A DNA stretch of 64,000 nt from NCBI GenBank assembly GCA_035559535.1, contig DATMBG010000037.1, forward strand, positions 132,475-196,474, in the 5' to 3' direction. This document shows, piece after piece, positions 1 to 9,283 of the stretch (positions are counted from its first letter, which is position 1; every line of letters starts with the position of its first letter). The stretch comes from Candidatus Limnocylindrales bacterium. GTDB taxonomy: Bacteria; Moduliflexota; Moduliflexia; Moduliflexales; JAUQPW01. The notes under the pieces are model-generated. The model worked only from the letters and a program-made list of their open reading frames with translations. It searched no databases and was not told the origin of the DNA. The position numbers and the translations under genes were made by a program.

Positions 1-507
1 CGGCTAACAGAGCCGCAAAGGTTCTGAGCTCTTCCTTTGCTTTTTTCACCTCTTGATCTACTTCAAACCTTACCTGGGTCATCAACCTTTCTGCCTGCGT
101 TTGAGCTTCGGCCAGAATTTTTTTCTTTTCCTCCAGAGCGTCTTGCTCGGCTTCTTGTTTTACTTTCAAAGCTTCTTCTTCTACAGAGAGCAGTTTAGTT
201 TGATAAGCCTCTGCTTTTTGGATAGCCTCCTCTTGAATTTCCTTGGCTTCCTTTAAAGCTTTCTGAATGTGTTCGGCATGATTATCCAGAAAATTCATCA
301 GAGGTTTTCTCAGGGCGACATAGAGAATTCCTGCGAAGATAACGAAATTGATCAACCGTTCCAGAGTTTCTGCCACAGATCCCCCTTCTGCCTGGGAATG
401 TCCTCCTTCTCTACTATCTTTCTCAGCCGCCAGGCTTAATCCGGCCGGCTGAACGACGCATAACAAACCTAAACAGATTAGAATTATAAACCCTTTTGTT
501 AACATTT
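1..507 (-). CDS. ATP synthase F0 subunit b/b' (second b-like copy). 5'-complete; the 3' end runs off the window start.
   Basis: Reverse-strand translation from the ATG at 505-507 gives MLTKGFIILICLG..ETLERLINFVIFAGILYVALRKPLMNFLD..KKAKEELRTFAALLA. This is an N-terminal hydrophobic segment followed by a charged coiled coil typical of b subunits. It lies directly downstream of atpF. No stop codon is reached within the window. Confidence 0.6.
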
Positions 508-581
508 TCTAAAAACAGAATACGGCGGGCAGTAAACAGAAAACCGTCACTTTAAAGGCCTTTTTTACCGCTTACCGTCCG

Positions 582-1001
582 TTATTTCTGCAGGATTTTC
601 TCCACAATCAGATTAGAAAAGGCTTCCACCTGTTGTCTAAGATCAGCCTTGGCCTTCTCCAGATCTGCCTGCATATCTGCTTTGGCCTTCTGAATTAACG
701 CTTCCCCTTTCCTTTGGGTTTCTTCAATGAGACGCATCTTTTCATTTAAAGCTTCGGTCTGGATCTTCTTACGAAGTTCTTGAGCTTCTTTTTTGGCTTC
801 CAGGAGTCTTTTCTGGTATTCCGTTTCCAGTTCCAGAGCTTTTTTTCTGGCCTCTTCGGCATCTTTAAATGCACTTTTAATGGCTTCTTCCCTTTTCTCG
901 AGCCAGTTTGTAATAGGCTTAAATACCAGTCGGGTCAAAATGAACATCAACACAAGGAAATTGATAATCTGAATTATGAGGGTATAATCTAGTTTAATCA
1001 C
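582..1001 (-). CDS. atpF: ATP synthase F0 subunit b
   Basis: A 139-aa protein with one N-terminal TM helix (IIQIINFLVLMFILTRLVF) and a long Lys/Glu/Ala-rich coiled coil, the classic b-subunit architecture. Confidence 0.75.
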   Translation of the reverse strand: MIKLDYTLIIQIINFLVLMFILTRLVFKPITNWLEKREEAIKSAFKDAEEARKKALELETEYQKRLLEAKKEAQELRKKIQTEALNEKMRLIEETQRKGEALIQKAKADMQADLEKAKADLRQQVEAFSNLIVEKILQK

Positions 1002-1383
1002 CTATTTGAATAAAGTCATAAACCTGCCCTTCTCCCTGAGACCAAACTTACCTGGCTACTTGATCAGGTTTATCCAGATCCCTATTCTCTGGATTCATTT
1101 ACTTCAACAAGGTAATTAAGCTATCCCAACAGGAGTGTAAGGCAGATTTCAAACTCTGAGACTTCTTTACCTTACTCGTTTCTTTGATATTCGTTGATAT
1201 TCTTACAGTTTCAGGAATCTCCCGGAAAAGTTCTTTTATATAATAACACCCTGCTACGATTTTTTCACATAGAAGATTTTTTCATGTCAAGTTTTTTTTA
1301 TGAATTTGCGTCCAAAGATTTAACTTTTCATTGACAAGCTGTCTTTTTCGTGGTTTCAAATAGTTAAAAAAGAGGAGAAGCTT

Positions 1384-2193
1384 ATGCCCGAACCAATTCC
1401 ACTTATTACATTGCTCACCGATTTTGGACTTCAGGATCACTACGTGGGGGTTATGAAGGGGGTTATCTATCAGATTAACCCTCAGGCTCGAATTGTAGAT
1501 CTTTGTCATAACGTCCGACCTCAGGATATCCTTCAGGCCGCCTTCTTATTAAGGGTTTCTTACAGTTACTTTCCCAAGAGAACGATCCATGTAGTGGTGG
1601 TCGACCCGGAAGTCGGAACCAAGCGACGCCCTATTCTGGTTTCGACGGAGTCCTATTACTTTATTGCGCCCGATAATGGGGTCCTTTCTTATATCTATCA
1701 AACAGAGCCTGTTGGGGAGATCCGTGAGATTACGGCCTCTCATTATTTTTTGCACCCGGTCAGTCAGACCTTTCACGGACGGGATATTTTTGCTCCTGTA
1801 GCTGCCTGGTTATCCCGGGGAGTTGCTCCGAGCTCCTGTGGGGAGCTTATTACCGATTATAAGAGATTTACTATTCCGGTTCCAACCCTGGTAAAAGAGG
1901 ATATCCTCCTGGGACGAATCCTTTATATAGATCGATTTGGTAACCTTGTTTCTAATATTACGCGAAAGGATTTCACAGAACATCTGGATAAATCACCGGG
2001 GAAACGCTTTGTGATCCGAATTGCTGACCGTAACCTGACCAGGATTTGTCATTCCTATACCGAGGGAAGCGAAGGAGAACTTATAGCCATCTTTGGAAGC
2101 TCGGATTTCCTAGAATTTAGTATCAATAAAGGAAATGCAGCTAAAACCCTTGGTCTGCAAATAGGGGCCGAGGTGCTTTGTAAAGTTGCTTAA
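1384..2193 (+). CDS. S-adenosyl-L-methionine hydroxide adenosyltransferase (DUF62; fluorinase/chlorinase-like SAM hydrolase)
   Basis: The N-terminus LITLLTDFGLQDHYVGVMKGVI and the length (269 aa) match the DUF62 SAM-hydrolase family. There is a good SD-like sequence (agaggagaag) upstream. Confidence 0.65.
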   Translation: MPEPIPLITLLTDFGLQDHYVGVMKGVIYQINPQARIVDLCHNVRPQDILQAAFLLRVSYSYFPKRTIHVVVVDPEVGTKRRPILVSTESYYFIAPDNGVLSYIYQTEPVGEIREITASHYFLHPVSQTFHGRDIFAPVAAWLSRGVAPSSCGELITDYKRFTIPVPTLVKEDILLGRILYIDRFGNLVSNITRKDFTEHLDKSPGKRFVIRIADRNLTRICHSYTEGSEGELIAIFGSSDFLEFSINKGNAAKTLGLQIGAEVLCKVA

Positions 2194-2373
2194 TACCCGC
2201 CACCTTACACTTACTGTGGGTTAGATAAGCGGCAGGTAGGGTAGACCTGGCAGTGAGCTTCCATTCGGGATTAGTAACTTTCTCGTCTCCTGGAGACGTT
2301 GTGTGCTTCGCCGGTAGTACGAATCGCTATTTCGTTCAACGGAATCTGTGATTCATATTCCGGTAAAACCCTT

Positions 2374-3159
2374 ATGTATCGTAGAACAACCTTTTTAGGA
2401 TTGATTTTCTTTTTGGGTTTGGTAGGTTTGTTGGCCACTCTATGTTATGCCGGACCGGGAGTAGATCGGGTCAAAAAGGCGGGGGTATTGAAAGTGGGAA
2501 GTGACATTACCTATCCCCCTTTTGAATACATGGAGGGGAATCAGCCTGTTGGGTTTGATGTGGATTTAGCCGAGGCCATTGCAAAGGAATTAGGAGTTAA
2601 ACTGGAGTATATCAACACGGCCTGGGATGGTATCTTTGCCGCCTTAAAGGCCGGAAAATTCGATATGCTCCTGTCTGGTATTACCATCACAGAGGAAAGG
2701 AAAAAAGCCTTTGATCTGGCTTTCTCCGACCCTTATTTTTTGTCCGGTCAAGGGGTAGCAGTGCGAAAGGATAATGATCAAATTAAAACTGAAGCCGATC
2801 TCAAAGGTAAAGTTGTGGGTGTCCAGATTAATACCACCGGTCAATATGCCGTGGAGAAAATAGCCGGGATCAAAGAAATCAAAAAATACGAAACGCTCCC
2901 GGAAACTTACATTGATCTGGCAGCGGGAAGATTGGATGCTGTGGTAGGGGATTATCCTGTCATCGCCGAGAACGTAAAAAATAATGATAAGATAAAAATC
3001 GTCGAAGGCCTTAAATTAGGGGAACCGGAGGCTTTAGGTATTCCGGTCCGGGCTTCCGAAAAAGATCTTTTGGAAGTCGTTAACAAGGTGATCCGAGATC
3101 TTAAGGCCAGTGGAGAATACGATAGGATGGTCCAAAAGTGGTTTGGAACTTCCCAGTAG
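2374..3159 (+). CDS. Polar amino acid ABC transporter substrate-binding protein (family 3 SBP)
   Basis: Signal peptide MYRRTTFLGLIFFLGLVGLLATLCYA, then a glutamine/histidine-binding-protein-like domain. It sits in a co-directional operon with a permease and an ATPase. I prefer the start at the internal ATG at 2374; the ORF track start at 2299 lacks a signal-peptide context. Confidence 0.8.
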   Translation: MYRRTTFLGLIFFLGLVGLLATLCYAGPGVDRVKKAGVLKVGSDITYPPFEYMEGNQPVGFDVDLAEAIAKELGVKLEYINTAWDGIFAALKAGKFDMLLSGITITEERKKAFDLAFSDPYFLSGQGVAVRKDNDQIKTEADLKGKVVGVQINTTGQYAVEKIAGIKEIKKYETLPETYIDLAAGRLDAVVGDYPVIAENVKNNDKIKIVEGLKLGEPEALGIPVRASEKDLLEVVNKVIRDLKASGEYDRMVQKWFGTSQ

Positions 3160-3177
3160 GAGTGTAGGTAGTTTTTA

Positions 3178-3843
3178 ATGGACTTCAAGCTTTCTATTCT
3201 GATAGAAGTCTTTCCTATTCTGCTTCAGGGAGCCTGGGTAACCCTTTACTTAACCGTCAGCTCCCTCACGATAGGGTTGGTCATCGGCCTAATCCTGGGG
3301 CTTATGCGGATCTCGGAAAACTGGATCTTAAGGACATTTTCACTGTGTTACGTAGAATTTATCCGGGGTACCCCTCTTCTGATGCATCTGGTAATTATCT
3401 ATTATGCTTTACCTTCTTTGCATCCCAGTCTGAATCTTCCGGCCATTGTAGCCGGGATTGTGGGTATGGCTTTAAATAGTGCCGCTTACATTGCCGAGAT
3501 TTTTCGTGCAGGTATTCAGTCCATCAGTAAAGGTCAGATGGAAGCGGCACGTTCTTTGGGAATGACCCATTTACAGGCCATGACCTATATTATTCTTCCC
3601 CAGGCTTTTCGGGTTTCTCTGCCGCCGCTCACCAATGAGTTTGTTGCTTTGTTAAAGGATTCTTCCCTGGTTTCTACCCTGGCTGTCTCCGAGTTACTGA
3701 GAAAAGGTCGTGAAATTGTAGCGTGGAAAGTAAACGTTTTTAGTCCCTACGTGGGAGTTGCCCTTCTTTATCTGGCCATGACCCTTCCCATGACCAAACT
3801 GGCCAGATACCTTGAAAAAAGGGTTAGTGTGGGTTATAGCTGA
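3178..3843 (+). CDS. Polar amino acid ABC transporter permease (HisM/GlnP family)
   Basis: A 221-aa polytopic membrane protein with the EAA-like loop region (MALNSAAYIAEIFRAGIQSI) typical of the PAAT permease family. It lies between the SBP and the ATPase. Confidence 0.8.
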   Translation: MDFKLSILIEVFPILLQGAWVTLYLTVSSLTIGLVIGLILGLMRISENWILRTFSLCYVEFIRGTPLLMHLVIIYYALPSLHPSLNLPAIVAGIVGMALNSAAYIAEIFRAGIQSISKGQMEAARSLGMTHLQAMTYIILPQAFRVSLPPLTNEFVALLKDSSLVSTLAVSELLRKGREIVAWKVNVFSPYVGVALLYLAMTLPMTKLARYLEKRVSVGYS

Positions 3844-3861
3844 GAAGATCTTGCCGGAAAG

Positions 3862-4605
3862 GTGAAGCCCATGATCGAAATTCAGAATGTTTATAAAACC
3901 TATAAAACCTCCCACGGTCCGGTCCGGGCTCTAATAAACGTTAGTAACTCAATTAAAAGAGGGGAAGTGGTGGTGATTATAGGTCCCAGCGGTTCGGGTA
4001 AGAGTACCCTGCTTCGCTGCTTAAATCGCCTGGAGGTCATCGATCAGGGTAAGATTATCATCGATGGGATTGTTTTGAATGATGTCGGGATAAATATTAA
4101 CAGAGTAAGGGAGGAAATTGGAATGGTTTTTCAACAGTTTAATCTTTTCCCCCACAAGACGGTTCTTCAGAACATCACGCTGGCTCAAAGGGTTGTAAGG
4201 AAGCGATCCCGAGAGGAAGCCGAACGAATTGCCCGGGAATTACTGGAAAAGGTGGGAATTCCCGAGAAGGCCTCTGCCTATCCTGCCCAACTTTCAGGAG
4301 GTCAACAGCAGCGGGTTGCCATAGCCAGGGCTTTGGCGATGCAGCCAAAAATTATGCTCTTTGATGAGCCTACCTCGGCTTTGGATCCGGAGATGATCGG
4401 CGAAGTCCTGGAAGTGATGAAAAATCTTGCCCGTGAGGGGATGACCATGGTCGTGGTGACCCACGAAATGGGATTTGCCCGCGAAGTCGCGGACCGTATC
4501 ATCTTTATGGATGAAGGACGGATCATCGAAGAGGGACCTCCGCAATTATTTTTCAAAACTCCGCAACAGGAGAGAACCAAACTTTTTTTAAGCCAGATCC
4601 TGTGA
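3862..4605 (+). CDS. Polar amino acid ABC transporter ATP-binding protein (GlnQ-like)
   Basis: Walker [13 protein letters not shown] signature [15 protein letters not shown], Walker [13 protein letters not shown] and H-loop VVVTHEM are all present. Confidence 0.85.
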   Translation: MKPMIEIQNVYKTYKTSHGPVRALINVSNSIKRGEVVVIIGPSGSGKSTLLRCLNRLEVIDQGKIIIDGIVLNDVGININRVREEIGMVFQQFNLFPHKTVLQNITLAQRVVRKRSREEAERIARELLEKVGIPEKASAYPAQLSGGQQQRVAIARALAMQPKIMLFDEPTSALDPEMIGEVLEVMKNLAREGMTMVVVTHEMGFAREVADRIIFMDEGRIIEEGPPQLFFKTPQQERTKLFLSQIL

Positions 4606-4628
4606 TGGAATCGTACGCACTTTTCTCT

Positions 4629-4660
4629 TGACAAATCCGCGAGAAGTTTAGTATTCTTTA
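4629..4660 (+). promoter_or_regulatory. Candidate sigma-70 promoter for the tRNA-tilS-ftsH unit (TTGACA ... TAGTAT/GTATTC)
   Basis: A TTGACA hexamer at 4629-4634 is followed by an AT-rich -10-like hexamer about 15-17 nt downstream, roughly 100 nt upstream of the tRNA. Confidence 0.3.
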
Positions 4661-4758
4661 TACAACTCTGTCATTTTTGCCTGTAAATTTAGGAAGTTTA
4701 AACTGAGGCGAACGATTGAAATTAAGCGAAGGAACTTACCTCCCACCTATCGGAAGAC

Positions 4759-4835
4759 GGCGGTGTAGCTCAGTTGGTTAGAGCACGCGGCTCATATCCG
4801 CGGCGTCCGGGGTTCGAATCCCTGCACCGCCACCA
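4759..4835 (+). tRNA. tRNA with anticodon CAT, either an elongator tRNA-Met or tRNA-Ile2 (the lysidine substrate of TilS)
   Basis: A 77-nt cloverleaf GGCGGTG/CACCGCC acceptor stem, D-loop AGTTGGTTAGAGC, anticodon loop CT-CAT-AT, T-arm GGTTCGAATCC and an encoded CCA end. G1-C72 pairing argues against an initiator tRNA. Confidence 0.85.
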
Positions 4836-4884
4836 AATGTACGTGTGTTAATTAAACTCTTCCTCTTTCTTTCAAAAGAATAGC

Positions 4885-6582
4885 ATGCAGTTAACAGGTA
4901 CGAACAAGTCAAAATTTCTTGAAAAAATTCTCCATATTCTAAAAAAATATCCCATGCTGGAGGCGGGAGATAATCTCCTCGTAGGGGTCTCCGGGGGGAT
5001 GGATTCGGTATCACTTTTGCATGTTTTAAATCGATTAAAACCCACCTTAGGGTTTAGACTGCATGTGGCTCATTTTAATCATAATCTTCGGGGTGCAGAA
5101 TCCCTTCGAGATGCCAGGTTTGTAGAAAAGCTGGCCTGTGAATGGGGTCTTCCTTATACTTTAGGTTCCGATTCTGTCAAAGATTTTGCGCAATCCCAGA
5201 AAATGTCCCTTGAAGAAGCTGCCAGAACCCTTCGCTATCGGTTTTTTTATCGGACTGCCGAAAAGGTAGGGGCCAACAAAATTGCCACAGCCCATACGGC
5301 AGATGATCAGGCTGAAACTTTACTTCTTAGACTTTTGCAAGGGGCTGGACTGGATGGATTAAGCGGTATTCGCCCCATGTACAGCCACCTGGAAAACATC
5401 ACCCTTCCCTTGCAGGGAGGCGAGGAAGAGAAGGTTTCCTGGAGTGGACAGATTATTCGCCCTTTTCTTCAAATTACCCGGGAAGAGATCCGGTCCTTTG
5501 TTGAACAGGAAGGGCTGGAATATGTCCAGGACTCTTCTAACCTGGACAGGCGCTATCTACGGAATAAGATCCGATGGGATTTGCTGCCTTTGCTTAAACA
5601 AGAATTTAATCCAAACATTATAAAGCGATTGGCCGTCACGGCTGATTTACTTCGAGATGATCTCCATCTGCTCGAGGAATTAACCGAGGCCTGTGATCCT
5701 CAGGTTTGCAAGATGGAAAGGGAGGGAGAAATTCGGATCGAACTCCCTCGATTTGCCCGACTTCATCCGGCACTCCAAAAGCGTCTTCTACGAAGAAGTT
5801 TCGAAAAGTTGACCGGATTTATCCAGGGACTTAAGAGTACCCATGTGCAGGCTGCCGTGGAGTTGCTAAATTCTGGAGAAACCGGGAAATCTGTTCATCT
5901 GCCCGGAGGCGTAATCCTCCAACAGAGCTATGGACAGGGGATTATGCTAAAAAGACCTCCAGAAACTCAAAAATCTTCCTCTCTCCAATCTCCACTTTTA
6001 ACAGAAAATCCCGGAGGGGCCAGTTTATGGGGCAGGGAAGTCGCTTTATCCGAAGAAATCCTACAGGTTCCTGGCATACAGAACCAAAAAGGCTTGATCT
6101 TTCGCACCCAAGTTCTTAGTGTAAAAGATAGAGACGCCCAGAGTTTATTCGAAACCTTGCATAAGCAGTCCCAGGGTCTTACCTTTCCGTTTCTCTTCTT
6201 TTCTCAGGAGGGAAATAGGAAGGAGGTTGACTTTTGGAATAATAGACCGGATGGCTCTAAAAAGGTTCAGGTTCTACAACCTCAAAAAATTACCGTTTTT
6301 TTCGATTATCACAAGTTACGATTTCCTCTGAGAGTTCGAAAAAGAAAACCGGGAGATCATTTTCAGCCGTTGGGAATGAAGGGACGAAAAAAATTACAAG
6401 ATTTGCTGGTGGATCTTAAGGTTCCCAGGGAAAAGCGAGATTTAGTTCCCATCTTAGAAGACGAAGAGGGGATTATTTGGGTAACAGGTTATCGTATAGC
6501 CGAACGGGTTAAAGTAGACTCTACAACAGAAAAAATCCTGGTATGTACGGTAACGCCTTCTGAAAAGGACGACTTACCTTGA
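4885..6582 (+). CDS. tilS: tRNA(Ile)-lysidine synthetase
   Basis: N-terminal PP-loop ATPase motif LVGVSGGMDSVSLL. The C-terminal TilS_C-like region reads RVRKRKPGDHFQPLGMKGRKKLQDLLVDLKVPREKRDLVPIL..IIWVTGYRIAERV. At 565 aa it is unusually long, with an apparent central insertion. Confidence 0.8.
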   Translation: MQLTGTNKSKFLEKILHILKKYPMLEAGDNLLVGVSGGMDSVSLLHVLNRLKPTLGFRLHVAHFNHNLRGAESLRDARFVEKLACEWGLPYTLGSDSVKDFAQSQKMSLEEAARTLRYRFFYRTAEKVGANKIATAHTADDQAETLLLRLLQGAGLDGLSGIRPMYSHLENITLPLQGGEEEKVSWSGQIIRPFLQITREEIRSFVEQEGLEYVQDSSNLDRRYLRNKIRWDLLPLLKQEFNPNIIKRLAVTADLLRDDLHLLEELTEACDPQVCKMEREGEIRIELPRFARLHPALQKRLLRRSFEKLTGFIQGLKSTHVQAAVELLNSGETGKSVHLPGGVILQQSYGQGIMLKRPPETQKSSSLQSPLLTENPGGASLWGREVALSEEILQVPGIQNQKGLIFRTQVLSVKDRDAQSLFETLHKQSQGLTFPFLFFSQEGNRKEVDFWNNRPDGSKKVQVLQPQKITVFFDYHKLRFPLRVRKRKPGDHFQPLGMKGRKKLQDLLVDLKVPREKRDLVPILEDEEGIIWVTGYRIAERVKVDSTTEKILVCTVTPSEKDDLP

Positions 6583-6610
6583 AAGTATTTATGTAAAGGG
6601 GGTATAGACG

Positions 6611-8407
6611 TTGAACACTTCGTTTTATAAAAATCTTGCTTTATGGTTAGTGATTGTGGTCGTAACTATTTTACTTTTCGATTTATTTAACAGCAAACCT
6701 GAGACCTATCGCAGAATTGTTTTCAGTGAATTCATGGATCGTGTGGATGAGGGAAATATCAAAGAGGTGGTTATTTCGGGAAATTTAATCCGTGGAAGGT
6801 TAACCGATGGGTCCAAGTTTGAAACCTATGCCCTGGAGGATCCGGAACTTGTAAAAAAGTTACGCAAGCAAAAAGTCGAGATTATTGTAGAACCTGAGGA
6901 TAAAAGCTCCTGGTACCAATATTTATTAACCTGGTTACCGATGTTGGTCTTCCTGGGGGTCTGGTTTTTCTTTATGCGGCAGATGCAGATAGGAGGAAGC
7001 AAAGCTCTCTCCTTTGGTAAAAGCCGGGCCCGACTTATGAGTGATCAACAAAGAAAGGTGACATTTAAAGATGTTGCCGGAATTGATGAGGCTAAGGAAG
7101 AATTGGAGGAAATCATCGAGTTTCTCAAAGATCCTCATAAGTTTCAAAAGTTGGGGGGTAGAATCCCTAAGGGCGTTTTGTTAGTCGGACCTCCAGGAAC
7201 GGGTAAAACTTTATTAGCCCGGGCCATAGCTGGTGAAGCCGATGTTCCTTTCTTTAGTATCAGTGGGTCGGATTTTGTGGAGATGTTTGTTGGCGTGGGG
7301 GCTTCTCGGGTTCGAGACCTGTTTGAGCAGGGGAAGAAAAACGCACCCTGCATCATCTTTGTCGATGAAATTGATGCGGTGGGAAGACATCGTGGGGCCG
7401 GCCTGGGGGGTGGTCACGATGAACGCGAACAGACTTTAAACCAACTCCTGGTTGAAATGGATGGTTTCGAAACCAATGAAGGGGTTATTATCATAGCCGC
7501 TACAAATAGACCCGATGTTCTGGATCCTGCCCTCCTGCGTCCAGGACGTTTTGACCGTCAGGTGGTCGTTCCCAGCCCAGATTTGAAGGGACGTATAGAA
7601 ATTCTCAAGGTTCATACGCGAAAAGTCCCCTTGGCCAATAACGTAAATCTGGAGGTAATAGCCCGAGGAACTCCGGGTTTCTCCGGAGCCGATCTGGCCA
7701 ATCTCGTCAATGAAGCTGCCCTCCTGGCTGCCCGAAAGAATAAATCTGCTGTCGAAATGGTTGATTTTGAAGATGCCCGGGATAAAGTTCTAATGGGCTC
7801 AGAACGAAGAAGTCGGGTTATCACCGAGGAGGAAAAACTTGTTACGGCTTATCATGAAGCCGGACATGCCCTGGTTGCTAAGCTTCTACCGGAAACCGAC
7901 CCGGTCCATAAAGTCACCATTATTCCAAGAGGAATGGCTCTGGGAGTAACCCAATATCTACCGGTAGATGATCGCTATATGCGGTCTAAGACCTATTGCT
8001 TGAATGCAATCGCTTCGGCTCTGGGTGGCCGTGTGGCAGAAGAAATTATCTTCAAAGAAACAACCACCGGGGCCTCTAATGATCTGGAAAAAGCAACCGA
8101 GTTGGCCAGAAAAATGGTTTGTGAGTGGGGAATGAGCGAAAAAATGGGACCTATAGCCTTTGGTAAACGCGAGGAGCATATCTTCCTGGGTCGGGAATTT
8201 GCCCAACGTCAAAATTATAGCGAGGCAACTGCGGTTGAAATAGATAAAGAAGTACGAAGAATTGTTATGGAAAATCTGGAGCAGGCTAAAATGTTGTTAA
8301 CCAAGCATATCGATAAACTCCATGCCATTGCGAAAGCTCTCTTAGAGAAAGAGGTCTTAAATGGTGCCGAACTCGATAGTATCGTTTACGGAACCGCTAC
8401 GGTTTGA
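6611..8407 (+). CDS. ftsH: ATP-dependent zinc metalloprotease FtsH
   Basis: TTG start with an aaggggg SD. Contains two N-terminal TM segments, AAA+ Walker A GPPGTGKT, Walker [10 protein letters not shown], the SRH and the zinc protease HEAGHAL motif. tilS-ftsH synteny is conserved. Confidence 0.9.
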   Translation: MNTSFYKNLALWLVIVVVTILLFDLFNSKPETYRRIVFSEFMDRVDEGNIKEVVISGNLIRGRLTDGSKFETYALEDPELVKKLRKQKVEIIVEPEDKSSWYQYLLTWLPMLVFLGVWFFFMRQMQIGGSKALSFGKSRARLMSDQQRKVTFKDVAGIDEAKEELEEIIEFLKDPHKFQKLGGRIPKGVLLVGPPGTGKTLLARAIAGEADVPFFSISGSDFVEMFVGVGASRVRDLFEQGKKNAPCIIFVDEIDAVGRHRGAGLGGGHDEREQTLNQLLVEMDGFETNEGVIIIAATNRPDVLDPALLRPGRFDRQVVVPSPDLKGRIEILKVHTRKVPLANNVNLEVIARGTPGFSGADLANLVNEAALLAARKNKSAVEMVDFEDARDKVLMGSERRSRVITEEEKLVTAYHEAGHALVAKLLPETDPVHKVTIIPRGMALGVTQYLPVDDRYMRSKTYCLNAIASALGGRVAEEIIFKETTTGASNDLEKATELARKMVCEWGMSEKMGPIAFGKREEHIFLGREFAQRQNYSEATAVEIDKEVRRIVMENLEQAKMLLTKHIDKLHAIAKALLEKEVLNGAELDSIVYGTATV

Positions 8408-8534
8408 TTCGGTACTGAATAAAGAATACTGAAGGATGGGCGAGGATACCCCCGCTCCCAGGAGGGTAAGGAGGCTTACGCTTATTCAGGACTCTTTATT
8501 CAGTACCTCATACGTTGGTAGGAGGGCATGAAAA

Positions 8535-9068
8535 ATGGTTAAAGAAATAAAATTTCCACGGCGCGGAAAACTTGTCGTTGGAATTATGTCCTCCAATATA
8601 AACCTCATTGAAGATACAGAACAAAAATTAATCAAAAAATTCGGTAAAACAGATTTTGAAAGCTCTCTAATTCCCTTCAATCACACCGATTATTACACCG
8701 AAGAGATGGGAGAAGGATTACAAAAAAAATTTGTGAGTTTTTCAGAACTTATAGCCGTGGAAGATCTCCCGTATATTAAGATATTTACCAACGACCTGGA
8801 AAAACGAACTATGAAAGACGGTAAAAGACAGGTTAATATTGACCCAGGCTATCTGACTCACTCCCAATTGGTTCTGGGAACTACTAAAGCCTACGCCCAC
8901 CGAGTTTACCTCAAAGAAGGTATCTATGCAGATCTTACCTATATTTGTAAGAGAAAGAAACTTCAACCCCTGGATTGGACTTATCCTGATTTTAGAGACC
9001 CTAACGTTATCCTCTTTTTCCAGAAAGTACGGGAGCGATACTTAAAACAAATACGCGTAAGTCGATAA
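8535..9068 (+). CDS. Conserved hypothetical protein (possibly DUF4416-like)
   Basis: A 177-aa basic ORF with an ATG preceded by ggaggg. The family assignment is from memory only and is uncertain. Confidence 0.45.
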   Translation: MVKEIKFPRRGKLVVGIMSSNINLIEDTEQKLIKKFGKTDFESSLIPFNHTDYYTEEMGEGLQKKFVSFSELIAVEDLPYIKIFTNDLEKRTMKDGKRQVNIDPGYLTHSQLVLGTTKAYAHRVYLKEGIYADLTYICKRKKLQPLDWTYPDFRDPNVILFFQKVRERYLKQIRVSR

Positions 9069-9142
9069 TAAGGTTTAAAATGCCCTAAATCTCTTCTATA
9101 CGTTTGCAGTTTTTAACTGTTTATCCCCAAAGAACCCTGAAA

Positions 9143-9276
9143 AGTGTGGGAGTGTGGGGGTATGGAGGGTATGGGAATGTGGGAGTATGGGAGTAGGGGG
9201 GCGTAGGAGAGTATAATCCAATATTTCTTATCTCTACACTTCCACATTCCCATACCCTCCATACCCCCACACTCCC
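9143..9276. repeat. Hairpin-forming tandem octamer repeat element (TRTGGGAG units, then their reverse complement), copy 1
   Basis: The left arm (9143-9213) is about nine imperfect TRTGGGAG units. The right arm (9236-9276) is the reverse complement. The same architecture recurs at 21817-21994, 24909-25030 and 34367-34444. Confidence 0.8.
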
Positions 9277-9283
9277 CTTTTCT

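Noticed and set aside
9143-9276. Possibility that the repeated arrays are CRISPR arrays
   Set aside because: The units are 8 nt with no unique spacers and each array is followed by its own inverted copy. No cas genes are present. This is not a CRISPR.
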